Part shown: positions 41,647 through 54,317 of the stretch, one piece after another
Position numbering within the stretch: the stretch's first letter is position 1
Layout of the letters: the number at the start of each line of letters is the position of its first letter
Assembly (NCBI GenBank): GCA_964016885.1
Contig: OZ024743.1
Coordinates: 169,074,001-169,138,000, forward strand
Direction of reading: 5' to 3'
Length of the DNA stretch: 64,000 bases
From: Eledone cirrhosa
Taxonomy: Eukaryota
The notes under the pieces: model-generated
The model's input: only the letters and a program-made list of their open reading frames with translations
Database searches by the model: none
Told to the model about the DNA's origin: nothing
Translations under genes and position numbers: made by a program

Positions 41647-42535
41647 AAGGAGAAAAAAACCGTTAAAACATGTTTATTTAAAACACCACCTACGTACGTT
41701 CGCCCGAATGGGCTTCTCAAGGGCATACAAATCTAAAAAGCGTTCGTTACATGACCCAGAATGGGTTTTTTTAAATAAGTTCACATCACAGTTCATTCTT
41801 CGTAAAAAGCTTGTATTGATTTTGCAGTAGGTTAATGAGATATAGCCGGTGTTAGAGCAGTGTTCCCCAGGCAACTTTTTACACCCCCCCCCCCGTTATT
41901 ACTCTGTGGTTACTGCTTTACCATTGTCGATTCGCGCAGGGTCAGGAACAATATAAAAATATCCTTCTCTACTACTCCTAACCTAGCAGACATCATAGGA
42001 ACAACTAATCACAGTAAGATCACCAAAACACAGCACCTTAGCACCGATACACCTACACTGACAACAACTATATCGGCCTTAACGACTCCCTACCAGCACC
42101 CAATAGTGCTGGCAACAGGTACTACAGACGCAATTAACATAATCGCGACATGACTGGGGAATATGCAGGTGAGCCGTTCGGGTCACCCGACGACAACAGA
42201 AGGCACTGCAGCGTGCGGAATGATAATGTACTACTCCACATACAGTGGGTTATAATGGTACCAATGACAGGTGTAGGGCCGTATGTAACAACATAGATAG
42301 CAATAATAATAGCCTTAGATTGGGAACTAGAAGGGACTGCGACGCTGCCCCCTTAGGGGAAACCAATACATGCTTTTTACGAAGAATGAACTGTGATGTG
42401 AACTTATTTCTAAAACCCATTCTGGGTCAAGTGAGGAACGCTTTTTAGATTTTTATGCCCTTGAGAAGTCCATTCGGGCGAAACGTACGTAGGTGCTGTT
42501 TTAAATAAACATGTTTTAACGGTTTGTTCTCCTTT
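41647..42535. mobile_element. PLE remnant with ~170-bp inverted pseudo-LTRs and variant hammerhead
   Basis: 41647-41817 vs 42365-42535 inverted; internal RNNIKISFSTTPNL fragment; motif at 42456-42495. Confidence 0.7.
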
Positions 42536-42682
42536 ATCTACTTCTCCACGTGTATCCGCGTTTAACACTGCAGGCACAAGTATTGAGCACCTTTTGCATA
42601 TGCTATTGTCAAATAACTACATGTATCGCCTATTCTTCTCTCTCTCGATACTTAAATATTCTATATAGTACATATATATATA

Positions 42683-42747
<65 letters not shown>

Positions 42748-42755
<8 letters not shown>

Positions 42756-44145
42756 AAGGAAAAGCGAAGTAGTTTCAGATGTTCAAGTCTTTTAATAATA
42801 ATGCTGTGATTTGGTACTCAAAGGGGAATTGACGAAAAACCCAAGAGCACACACTTCGTCCGTCCCCATGTCGATTCAATTTTGATTGCCTCGGAAACAT
42901 AACCTTATTATGTAAAAAGCTGTCTGACGATGTCGCGACACTGGCGCACGGAACAGTGTGACCACTGTCGCCATTGAAATATATACAGAGGAACCAGCCA
43001 CGAGCTACACCCGGAAATCCACCCTACCATGGGCATGGAAACCCATGATACTGGACGGCATAATACCTTTCGGCAGGATAAATACGCGGAAACAAAAACA
43101 AAGATAAACCCCTATTTTCCTGCACCAAATCGCATTTAAGTCAATCTATACATGGACAAATTGACAATAATATTGATCATCTATCTCATTTTGCATATAT
43201 GTACTCTATGTGTTTTTGCATTTATTCATTAATTGTTTTTTTCTTTTGTGTACGTTATTTCGTTTTTTTTTTGTTCTGTTCCATGTGATGGAAATTCTAA
43301 CTATGTACCCGACTAAATACTACCTTTCATACCGTAATTTACCCTCCGTTCTACTCTACGGTACTATCGTTCAGAATATAGATAATATAACCGTTACATT
43401 AATACCCATTTCAAAACTTCTTACTTAAACATCTCTCTGCATATTATTTACTCCAATCTATATTTTTTTACTCGCCTCAATCCAGATACCCACTTGAAAA
43501 AAGTATTAATTTTTAATTGTTAATTTTTAATTTCTAATTTTTGATATTTAATATTTGATTTATGATTTTGGATTTTAAATTCTAATTCCCAACTAACATT
43601 CATAACTTCCACCGTGAAACCATGATACATAGAATTAAGTATATTTTCTCTTAGAGGTTGATGGTCAATTATACTGTCTATGCTCAATGAGAGGTAGTAT
43701 TCAAACCTGTGGATACTCACACTCTCCCATCCCCACTGGCTTTCGACTGACAGCCACTAACGGGATAGGTAGTAGTAAGCTATATTACAGGCCTTGAATG
43801 GGTCATTGTTTGGCTGAGAGGGGGAACTGACTAAGCGAATTTCGTTGAAATCTGCGGTAGCTAATGGTCAACTTTCTACGGACTTGCGCCTGCACTGACC
43901 GGTGGGGATGAATTGGTACTCACGGGGGAATGGACGTAGAACCCAAGAGCACACACTACGTCCGTTCCCATGTCGATTCAATTTGGATGCCTTGGAAACA
44001 CAACCTTATTATGTAAAAAGTTATCTGACGATGTCGCGACACTGGCGCACGGAACAGGGTGGCCACTGTCGCCATTGTAATATGTATCACAGCATTATTA
44101 TTAAAAGAATTGAACATCTGAAACTACTTCGCTTTTCCTTATTCG

Positions 44146-44148
<3 letters not shown>
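42748..44148. mobile_element. Non-coding PLE-type unit: direct repeats (42810-42985, 43911-44085) plus terminal inverted repeat
   Basis: 42748-42810 is the reverse complement of 44086-44148; composite hammerhead GCTGT-CTGACGA..GAAA-TATATA-TC-ACAGC. Confidence 0.6.
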
Positions 44149-44218
<70 letters not shown>

Positions 44219-44392
44219 ATATATAAATATATATATATAGTATATATATCTATATATATAGAATATATAGATATATATATTATATATATATATAGATATA
44301 TATAGTATATAGATATAGATATATATATATATATAATATATCCAATATATATAGTAGATATATAGATATATATAGTATATATATATATATAT

Positions 44393-44428
<36 letters not shown>

Positions 44429-44505
44429 ATATATATACTATATATATATACTACATATATATATATACTATATATATATATATATATATACTATATATAT
44501 ATATA

Positions 44506-44581
<76 letters not shown>

Positions 44582-44604
44582 TATATATATATATATACTA
44601 TATA

Positions 44605-47178
44605 TATATTTATTAAAATAACAGATTAAAGTTTAAGCAAAGAATCGCTGCTTTCACCCTTAACGGGATCTTCTAAAACTAACAAAGTCAATCTGTAAAC
44701 GCAGAACTGGATATTTCAAAAAACGTTGCAACCGGAGGAAGACAGGAAGACGATACTTTGGTTCGTGGTAACGTTCGCTGACGTCATTAATAGGAGCGGT
44801 GAAAAACAATTACGCGCAAAGACAAAACCACGTTTATGGTATAAAAGAGGTCGTAGACTAATGTTCTCTTAGGTGGTGCATAGAGACGTTCTCTGGCAAT
44901 GTGAGTATGGGCGCCAGTGACTCTGCGGAGGTTACTGATCTTATTGGCCTTTTCCTTCTTTTCTCTATCAAGGACGAATTCCCCAACGCGGGCGGTGGTT
45001 TGTACCGTGACGATGGTCTTTTGACCATGATTAAGTGTGGACCTCGTGCTTGCGACAGGTTCAGAAAAGAACTCACAGCCTTCTTTAAAGGCTTCAACCT
45101 CTCTATACAGGTTGAGGCCAATCTCTCGGTCGTTAATTACCTCGACGTTACCCTCAATTTATTGAATGGGTTGTATTACCCGTATAGAAAGCCGAATGAT
45201 ACTCTTAATTACATAAGTAAGCATTCCAACCATCCTGCCAGCATAACCAAGAACCTGGTAAGAAACGTTTCGTTGAGGCTTTCCCGTCTTTCCACCAACG
45301 AGCGCATTTTATACGACCATTCCACTTATTACAATGAGGCTCTTGCTCGAAGTGGATTTGTCGATAAGGTAGCATATACAGAGTACGAAAATAAACCTAG
45401 AAGAAATAGATCCCGTCGCATTTGTTGGTTTAACCCACCATATAATATGGAGGTGGCCACACCATTAGCTAAGATCTTTCTTTCCCTTATTACGAAGCAT
45501 TTTGCCCCCTACACATAAATGTAGTAAAATTTTTAATAGAAATACTATTAAAATTTCTTACTCTACGACTCCTAACCTTGCACATAACATCACAGCTTCA
45601 AATTTAGCTAAACTACCTAGCCGTAGGAACACGTGCAACCCTGTAGTTAGTACTAACTGTAATTGTAGGAATCGGGTTGATTGCCCCCTATCCGGGAAAT
45701 GCCTCTCTAGTAACATTGTCTACAAATGTAAGGTTGTAACACCCACATCCCGTAGGGCCTACATAGGGTTAACCGCCAATAGTTTCAAGCAGCGTCTTTA
45801 CATGCATACCCATTCTTTTCGTTACCCTCTAAGAAGGAATATGACGTCACTTTCAGCTTATATCTGGAGTCTAAAAGACAACCACACCCAATATAAGTTA
45901 CACTGGGAGATCCTAGCTAGGGCTAGATCGTATAACGGAAATAAAAGACCATGTCACCTCTGCGCCGCTGAGGCCCTGGAAATACTCTACGCTACAGACC
46001 ACATCTTAAACAAAAAATCTGAGGCAATTTCGGCTTGTAAACATAAATTGCACAAAACTTTCCTGTATTACAGCCCCACGTTATACCCTAACGGATAGCA
46101 CGTGGATATTTTACGTCTTGATGTGGGAGCTAAGTATATGTTTTGTTTATTCCTTTACTTATTTGCATATGTAAGTATATATTACCCGTATGTTTTGTGA
46201 AGGTATGTATACCTTCTCGTACGTATATTTGACTGTTATAGCGTATAATTTTTACATATTCTGGTATTTAGGGTTTGGCTATGTGTATACGGGAGTTTTG
46301 CGTCCGCGTGAGTGTGCAGGTTCGTACGTATGGTGGGTGTGTGTATATGTGTACTTCTTGTTTTAGTTGACTTACGTCTCCGAACATTCGTGTATTTATA
46401 TGTAGGTATGCGTGTACGCTTGTTATATACGTATTTATTTACTTATATACGTTTATATAATTATTTATTTATTTGTACACAAGCATACAAACACACATAT
46501 TTATATGTGCGTGGTTTTGTATACCCATGGTAAGGTTTTGCGTATGCTTGTGTATGTACGTATCTGTTTGCGTGTATGTATTTCTTTGTTTCTATTACTT
46601 CTGTATTGTATTTATTTACTTTGTTCTTAACTCTGTAGCGGAGATTCATTTGGTCTCCTAGTTAGAATTTTAGTCTACGATTTCTGCTATACCATTTACG
46701 TGGTTTTGTCTTTGCGTTCTATTGTTCTCCACGCTCCACATATGACTTATTATCTTCGTTTCTTCGTTCATTGCCAGAGAACGTCTCTATGCACCACCTA
46801 AGAGGACATTAGTCTACGACCTCTTTTATACCATAAACGTGGTTTTGTCTTTGCGCGTAATTGTTTTTCACCGCTCCTATTAATGACGTATTATTCGCTT
46901 TTTCCCGTTCTTTGCCAGCGAACGTTACCACGAACCAAAGTATCGTCTTCCTGTCTTCCTCCGGTTGCAACGTTTTTTGAAATACCCAGTTCTGCGTTTA
47001 CAGATTGACTTTGTTAGTTTCAGAAGATCCCGTTAAGGGCGAAAGCAGCGATTCTTTGCTTAAACTTTAATCTGTTATTTTAATAAATATTTGCTCTACG
47101 GTTCTTATATATTTGAAATATATTTATCCTTATCGAGCCCTCTTTGGATTTTAGTCTTCAATTTTATTATTATTACTA

Positions 47179-47180
<2 letters not shown>
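44605..47180 (+). mobile_element. 5'-truncated Penelope-like element with inverted 5' pseudo-LTR (44605-44900) and 3' pseudo-LTR
   Basis: RT+GIY-YIG ORFs; 44605-44900 is the reverse complement of 46768-47090. Confidence 0.9.
44901..46098 (+). pseudogene. PLE reverse transcriptase (C-terminal half) + GIY-YIG endonuclease, one frameshift near 45505
   Basis: MGASDSAEVTDLIG, GGLYRDDGL, NYLDVT; CNCRNRVDCPLSGKC, IVYKC..YIGLT, CHLC..E, LNKKSE..SACKH. Confidence 0.9.
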
Positions 47181-47239
<59 letters not shown>

Positions 47240-47243
<4 letters not shown>

Positions 47244-48668
47244 AAAATTGAACGGGAACAAAACAGAGAGGCAGTACGAACAAAGGTATATTAGTTTCAC
47301 GCTCTTGAGAGTGGGGTGGTGGTGGGGAACGATGTTTCGGGCATAAGCCCTTCTTCCGGTGAAAAGTGTGTGGGAAGAGAGTTCAAAGGGTGTGTAGGGG
47401 AGTGGTGGAGAGGCATATAGCAAAAAGGGGGTGAGAGGAAACGGTGCAAATGAAATTAAAAATAAAGGCATGATCAAAATAAAATTAAAATGGGGTAAAA
47501 CAGGTAGTGGAAGGGTGTGGGGCGTGTAGGGGTGGTGGCGGGTGGAGTGAGGAGAGGGAGACGGGGTGTCCGAGCGGGGAGGTTTGAAGGTGGTGTCTGT
47601 GTGTAGATGTACGTGTGTGTGTGTATGTGAAAGCAAGGGTTGGGGGAAGAACGGGGTTGCATGTTCAGGAAGAGGTGTGTGTGGGGTGGGGTGTAGGTCG
47701 GAGTGTGTGTGCGTGTGTGGATTGAGGGCTGGGGGCGGGGGGAGAGGATTCCGGAGGCTGAATGTGTAAATATGTGGTGGTACGCACGTGTGTGTGTGGT
47801 GTTTATGCGTGTTGTGGATGTAGGTGGCGTGTGGGAAAAAAATGTTTGGGGGTGTATGTCTGGGGGTGAGTCGTAAAGGTAATTCCGTAAAAGGATGTGG
47901 TGGAATGCTGAGTAAAATCCTTGGGATGCGGTAGATTCTCGGGATCAAGGTTCACATGTGTGTAATCCGTGAAGAGATTGGTCGGAAGAGGGGAGATGTG
48001 GGGTGCGCGCGCAACAGGAAGTGGTCAGAGGGTCAAGGCAGGAGGAGGGTTGTGGTCAGAGAGGCATAGCAGCAGTAGGGTAGAATGGTAAGTGAAGAAA
48101 GTCGGTGTGTCAGTGTGTGCGGAGGTGCGGTGGACAGGGGAGAGGATGGGTAGGTGTGAAAGTTGGAGTGAGGAGGGTGTGTGTGTGCATTAGTAGAGGT
48201 GTTAGTGGGATGTGTGTGTGTTTGAGAAAGGGTGTGGGTGGAGCGGGGAGAGAAAGGTGTGGCGGCCGATGGAGGGAGTGTAGTGTACTGGTGTGTGTGG
48301 TGAAGGGGGTGTTAGTGGGTGTTAGTATACTGGAGGTGGAGAAAGGGTTGAATGCGGGTGTGAGTGGGGGTCAGTGGTGGTAGGGTGTGTAGAGTGGGTG
48401 GTGTAAGAGGGTGTGTGTGTTCGTGTGCGTAGGGTTGGGGGTGTTAGTGATGTTAGTTGCGTGTACAGTGGGTGGTGTAAGTGGGTGTGTGTGTTCTTGT
48501 GCTTGGGGTCAGGGTGGATGTGTGGGGGTGAGGGTTAGTGGTGGTAGTAGGGTGTGTGTTTAGTGTGAGCGCGTGTATATATGTACCGGTGGGTGTGTGC
48601 GTGTGATAAGGAGGGGGGGGGGGGAGAAGAAGGGAGGGATGTTAGTATGTTAGTTGGGGAAGGGTGGA

Positions 48669-48670
<2 letters not shown>
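47240..48670 (-). repeat. CA/GT-rich low-complexity tract, probably a PLE 3' UTR remnant
   Basis: hammerhead-like CGGAAGA-AGGGC-TTAT-GCCC-GAAA on minus strand at ~47330-47360. Confidence 0.4.
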
Positions 48671-48736
<66 letters not shown>

Positions 48737-49881
48737 TCTATATAATACTATATATATATATATATGTGTGTATATATAATATATATTTATATATATGTAT
48801 ATATATTATATATATACTATATATATATTTATATATATATATTATTTGTCACCATAAAATTGGTAAAACTTTCCAAGCATTGTACAAGTTTCGAAAAAAT
48901 ATTGACAATTAATAATTTAATATATATATGCTTTTACCTTACTGTGGTAATAATTTATTGATATTTATATGTATTAGAATTATTTCTTTAAGAGTCTCGT
49001 TATCCTATGTTTTGATTAGGATAGTTCAATATTTAACTAGACATACTTTATGATATTTGCAATAGATGATTTATGGTTTTCAAAATATCGCGGAATGTGT
49101 GAGTAGAGTTATATTATAAATGTTTGTATACGGTGAGTGAGTTATCTTCCTTTTGTTTACATTGTCCGTAAAAATTTCCTTTCTTTTTGACTAGCCTGCT
49201 GAATTATATTAGTTTTGAAATATGTAGACTAATAATATACAGACTATCATCAAAATGATACAGACTATACAGACTATCATTAAAATGATATATATCAAAA
49301 TAAGTAAATACAGAAGTAAATATAACCTTTCATTAAATTAATGAAATTAAACTGTCGAGAGTAAATGTAACTGCAGTTTAATCCTAGAAATTAAACGAAA
49401 ATTAATTAATAGTGAAGATTTTATAAAGAGAATATCATAATTAAATAATTTGAGTAATATAGGATCTAAATATATTATATGTATTGATGCTGATCTATGT
49501 ATTGTATTAGACTTTAATACATATGTAATAATTATGTAATTAAGCTTTAAAAATTAATTATTTTAAAGTTGTAACAAAATGTTTATAGAATATCTTACCT
49601 TAAAATTAAAAATAATAATTTATAATGAGTTAAATTAAATTATATAAATTTTTAATTAAATGATATATATGATTGCTATAGAAAATAATCTATACTGATT
49701 AATTTTGATATAATATATAAGTATAATTAGCTTATGCATAATCAAATACTAAAGATATTCAATTGTTTAGTTGAATTGAGTGGATTTCCTATTTGATCGA
49801 CCATTTGAAAACAACGATTTTTTTTCTCTATCCCACCTCTATTTGATGTTTCCTTTATTTTTCTTTATTTTTCTTTACCCC

Positions 49882-50639
49882 TATAACGGCGGCGAAGATT
49901 CGAAACCGAATCTGAGCTTTCCCGCCTCTGGGACAAGCCGTGGTAAGTTGTTTACGCTCAAGAGACTAACCCTTGGGAGAGGCTAAACACAGGTCAGAGG
50001 TGTTTACGCCTGACAGAAGATATATATGACAGGTCAGAGGATATATCCATCTTTCTGACTTGTTTACGCTTGGCAAACTAATCCCTTGGGAGACTCTAAC
50101 CGAAGTTCAGAGGATATATCTATCCTTCTAACTTCAACCCTTATAAATACAGAGGTTGTTTACGCCCCGGGGAGAAAAGAAGTGATATAGAGACAAGACA
50201 AGTCGCATTTACAAGCTCTCGACACGAAAAACCAGTCTGTCACTTATTTCTCACCCGCCGGGCTGATCACTTACTACTACTTCTACTAAAACAAGCAAAT
50301 ATACTGATACGCACACACGCATTCATAGTAAGTTCACACTGTTTGCATTTTCACACGCACCATTTCTGTTTATTCACGTTGTATCTTTCAGATACAGTAC
50401 AAATTATATTATAATCGTATTCTGTGATACTTGTATTTATGTGGCTCGAAGAGCCACCAAATTAATGTACGAATATTTCTTGTTATTGATTTTATCATTC
50501 AATATTCAAATTGAATATTGTTATAATAAAATAAACTTTGTAACAACACAATCCTGGTATTATTCTTTACATTGAAACCATCATACCAACAATTCATTCT
50601 CTCCACTTATCGTTACAACCACACAAATATACCGTTACA
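49882..50639 (+). mobile_element. LTR family A, 5' LTR
   Basis: TATAAC...GTTACA termini; followed by PBS; inverted near-identical copy at 53014-53772. Confidence 0.85.
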
Positions 50640-50641
50640 AC

Positions 50642-50659
50642 TGGTGACCCCGACGTGAT
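50642..50659 (+). promoter_or_regulatory. Primer-binding site complementary to tRNA-Trp 3' end
   Basis: TGGTGACCCCGACGTGAT, 18-nt complement of eukaryotic tRNA-Trp ...ATCACGTCGGGGTCACCA. Confidence 0.9.
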
Positions 50660-50921
50660 GAATATTTTCAGTTCAAAATATTCCTTTTGAATTAAAAAAA
50701 AAAAATTAGCAGTATTTTAAAAATAAATTTTACGCCACGAGGAAATTTCAAAATGGCTACCACCAAGTACTTCTCTACTACCAGCCATCAGCAGCAACAC
50801 ATGGCTATCACCACTACCAAAGACATCAGCAGCAGCGACAACACTGCTTAACCGCTGACCATAGACAACGGAATAACTATGTGGCAGCTCATAGCCTTTA
50901 CCGACGCAAACCACCACACAT

Positions 50922-51109
50922 GGTGGATTGGCAGTATTGGTAGAGGGTCGGACGCCATGATTTGACGTATAGAGTTACGGCCCTTGCCATTCTGAGTTCA
51001 AATCCCGCCAAGGTTAACTTTGCCTTTCATCCTTACGGGGTCGATAAAATAAAGTACCAGTAATGCACTGGTTTATTGCTGGCCTTGTGCCTAACATAGA
51101 AACTATTAT
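50922..51109 (+). mobile_element. tRNA-derived CORE-type SINE
   Basis: A box TGGCAGTATTGG, B box GAGTTCAAATCCC, core GCCTTTCATCCT..GGGGTCGATAAAATAAAGTACCAG. Confidence 0.8.
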
Positions 51110-52416
51110 ATTGTTTACTTCTACGCTTTCATCTTTTCTATCGTCTCTACCGTTAAGAAAAAAAATGGAAGTATTTTTTTTTTTTAAGAAGAACAACACG
51201 TGGTTTAACTTTCATGAACCCGCCTGCGACATCTTTGAAAGAAAAAATTAGCTGTATTTTCAAAATTATGGCTCGGAAACATTTTTCTTTCGATGCGGCT
51301 TCCTGCAATACAAACAAGCAAACACCGAACTCACGTGGTGACTTACGGCGCTTCAACGTTCGACTTCGCTTCGATAGCAACAAAAAAAACAAAAAAACAA
51401 AATTCTACTAGCTTCAAAGAAATTTCAAAGAAAAGAAAAGGCGAACTTTTTGTTAAAAGAAAAGAAACAATTCTTTCTTTCTTCGTTTTTTTTTCAGGCA
51501 ATGTTTGGACATTTATTTTTTTTAAACTGTATTATATGAAAATTCATTTTTTTTTATCATTGTATATATGACTGTATCATTTTCTTTATCACTGTATATA
51601 TGATTGCACCTACACATTCTTTGCTGTATTACATGCCTGCATATGCACACACATTTCTTTGACACACACCAACATGCTGTTGTTCTTAGTGTATGATATT
51701 CAAACGTCGTAAAATTCTGCGAGATCCCTTCTCACTTTGGTGACACCGAACATGCTATCGACACTTTGCAGCTTAATTCACCTGCACCGAAACACGAGAT
51801 TGCTAATTGCAGCTGAACTCAAGCAGTTTCGCATCTCGTTGCACACTCATCGTCCATAACAACCTCCATCTTGTTACCTTACCCGACTCACTGGGAGAAC
51901 AACAAATGGAACTGGACCTGTCAGCATTTCCACCATTCTATGGATTCGCCAGAATTATGGAATTTACATTTCAACTACTGCCCACCTATAGATTCAACTT
52001 GCTTTTTACTTTTCAAAGCAACCAGCCATTTTTTTCCTGGCTGCATAGCACTTTCGGCAATACATTTGGGAGGCCGACATTTTCTTGCCTACCCATCATC
52101 TTCTTGCCAGCACTGGTAAACTACCATAATAGCTTCATCCACAGCTACTGGTACAACACTTACCATTCACATTTAATGCAAGAAGAGCAACTTCGCCGGT
52201 CAGACTTTATCCGTTTCTGTTAGACCTTTGGTGGTGACGTATAAACTACAAAACAGCTAGTCATTTGATACAGCGGCTCAACACGGCCCTTAGCGCCTCA
52301 TTTTTTTCTTGCATGCATTCTTCTGTTCAATTATTTTTTTTCATTGATGTGCTCTTTCAGCATTTTTTTCTGTGGATTCACTAATCTGTATCGTCTTACG
52401 TCTAGAAGGGGAGTAT

Positions 52417-53012
52417 TGTAGTGACCTACATTCCGCCGGCTCACATACATTCTCTGTGCGTGATTTGGCTCAGCTCAGCCAATCAGCGCCAGTGGAAGAG
52501 AATGTATCTCTACGCGCACTAAGGGAAAAGTTTCCGCGTTGATTTGAAGAATCAGCCTCTCGCATCCTGAACTTCGAAGGAGCAACACTTACATGTATCG
52601 GTGAGATTTTGCACTTTGGCCTGCCGGCCTTCCTTGGGCCTGGCACAATGGCACATTCCCTTTTGTAACCACATTTTATGTGTAAGTTCCACCATACAAA
52701 TTAACAAACATTATTTGTGCTGGATTGGCAATATCGGTAGAGGGTCGGACGCCATGCTTTGCAGCAAAGAGTTACGGCCCTTTATGGTCTGAGTTCAAAT
52801 CCCGCCGAGGTTAACTTTGCCTTTCATCCTTACGGGGTCGATAAAATAAAGTACCAGTAATGCACTGGGATAGTTGCTGGCCTTCTGCCAAAGGTAGAAA
52901 CAATTATTTGTGCTACAACAAAAATAAAGATACATTTCATCTCTAAATTCTGCCATTGACATTATTTTTATGTTACTCATGTCCCAATAACCTTTATATA
53001 CTATGCTGCTAG
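52417..53012 (+). mobile_element. LTR family B, 3' LTR (preceded by PPT AGAAGGGGAG), containing a SINE
   Basis: TGTAGT start after polypurine tract; distal part homologous (inverted) to 63874-64000 + 57761-57783. Confidence 0.65.
52722..52902 (+). mobile_element. tRNA-derived CORE-type SINE with 12-bp flanking duplication
   Basis: same core as 50922-51109; ATTATTTGTGCT at 52710-52721 and 52903-52914. Confidence 0.8.
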
Positions 53013-53013
53013 T

Positions 53014-53772
53014 TGTAACGGTATATTTGTGTGGTTGTAACGATAAGTGGAGAGAATGAATTGTTGGTATGATGGTTTCAATGTAAAGAAAAATACCAGG
53101 ATTGTGTTGTTACAAAGTTTATTTTATTATAACAATATTCAATTTGAATATTGAATGATAAAATCAATAACACGAAATATTCGTACAATAATTTGGTGGC
53201 TCTTCGAGCCACGTAAATACACGTATCACAGAATACGGGTAAAATAGAATTTGTACTGTATCTGAAAGATACAATGTGAATAAACAGAAATGGTGCGTGT
53301 GAAAAATGCAAACAGTGTGAACTTACTATGAATGCATGTGTGCGTATCAGTATATTTGCTTGTTTTAGTAGAAGTAGTAGTAAGTGATCAGCCCGGCGGG
53401 TGAGAAATAAGTGACAGACTGGTTTTTCGTGACGAGAGCTTGTAAATGCGACTTGTCTTGTCTCTATATCACTTCTTTTCTCCCCGGGGCGTAAACAACC
53501 CCTGTATTTATAAGGGTTAAAGTTAGAAGGATAGATATATCCTCTGAACTTCGGTTAGAGTCTCCCAAGGGATTAGTTTGCCAAGCGTAAACAAGTCAGA
53601 AAGATGGATATATTCTCTGACCTGTCATATATATCTTCTGTCAGGCGTAAACACCTCTGACCCGTGTTTAGCCTCTCCCAAGGGGTTAGTCTCTTGAGCG
53701 TAAACAACTTACCACGGCTTGTCCCAGAGGCGGGAAATTTCAGATTCGGTTTCGAATCTTCGCTGCCGTTAT
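53014..53772 (-). mobile_element. LTR family A, 3' LTR of minus-strand Gypsy
   Basis: reverse complement of 49882-50639; preceded on minus strand by PPT AGAAGGGGG. Confidence 0.85.
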
Positions 53773-54317
53773 AGTACCCCCCTTCTAGGAAGAAATCTAA
53801 GATTGAACGATCTAGGTGCATGTGAAATAAAGATAGGTATGACTATGTGTGTTGTTGAAGAAAATCAGTAAAAAAAAAACACAAAAAAAACACATGAAAG
53901 TCATTTACAAACAGGAGACATGAAAGAAAACATGCAAAGCAAAAGAAAATGTACTGTGATGTTACATAAAATTGAAGATGTTCGTACGAAAAGTTTGTTG
54001 ATTAAAAGTTCGTTCATTTCATAGAAACGGAAAAATGTTCTTTTGATGTGTGTGATGCACAGTCAATTGACGTGTGTGTAGCAATATTTCATGACCACAG
54101 AAATTGACCGATTCGTTGAAATGTACAAATTAGCCGAAATGTCGACCAGATGCATAATTTGTACTTACTCGATAAACTTGTACGTATCGCGTGGGCCATC
54201 GAACTCTTCTTCCAGATTTGGTGTGTCAAGGTTGTGCAGAATTTGTGATGTTTGTGTCGGGAAAAGTTGTTGGTGATTCTGCTGGAGAAACGGTGGCTAC
54301 TGGTGGCAATTCCTGTT

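Noticed and set aside
47181-47948. 255-aa P/H/T-rich ORF
   Set aside because: Low-complexity CA-rich DNA ending in (TA)n; no domain motifs
48850-49870. Very AT-rich 1-kb stretch as organellar insertion or gene
   Set aside because: No recognisable rRNA, tRNA or protein motif by eye
50922-51010. tRNA gene
   Set aside because: A/B boxes belong to a SINE head; no cloverleaf
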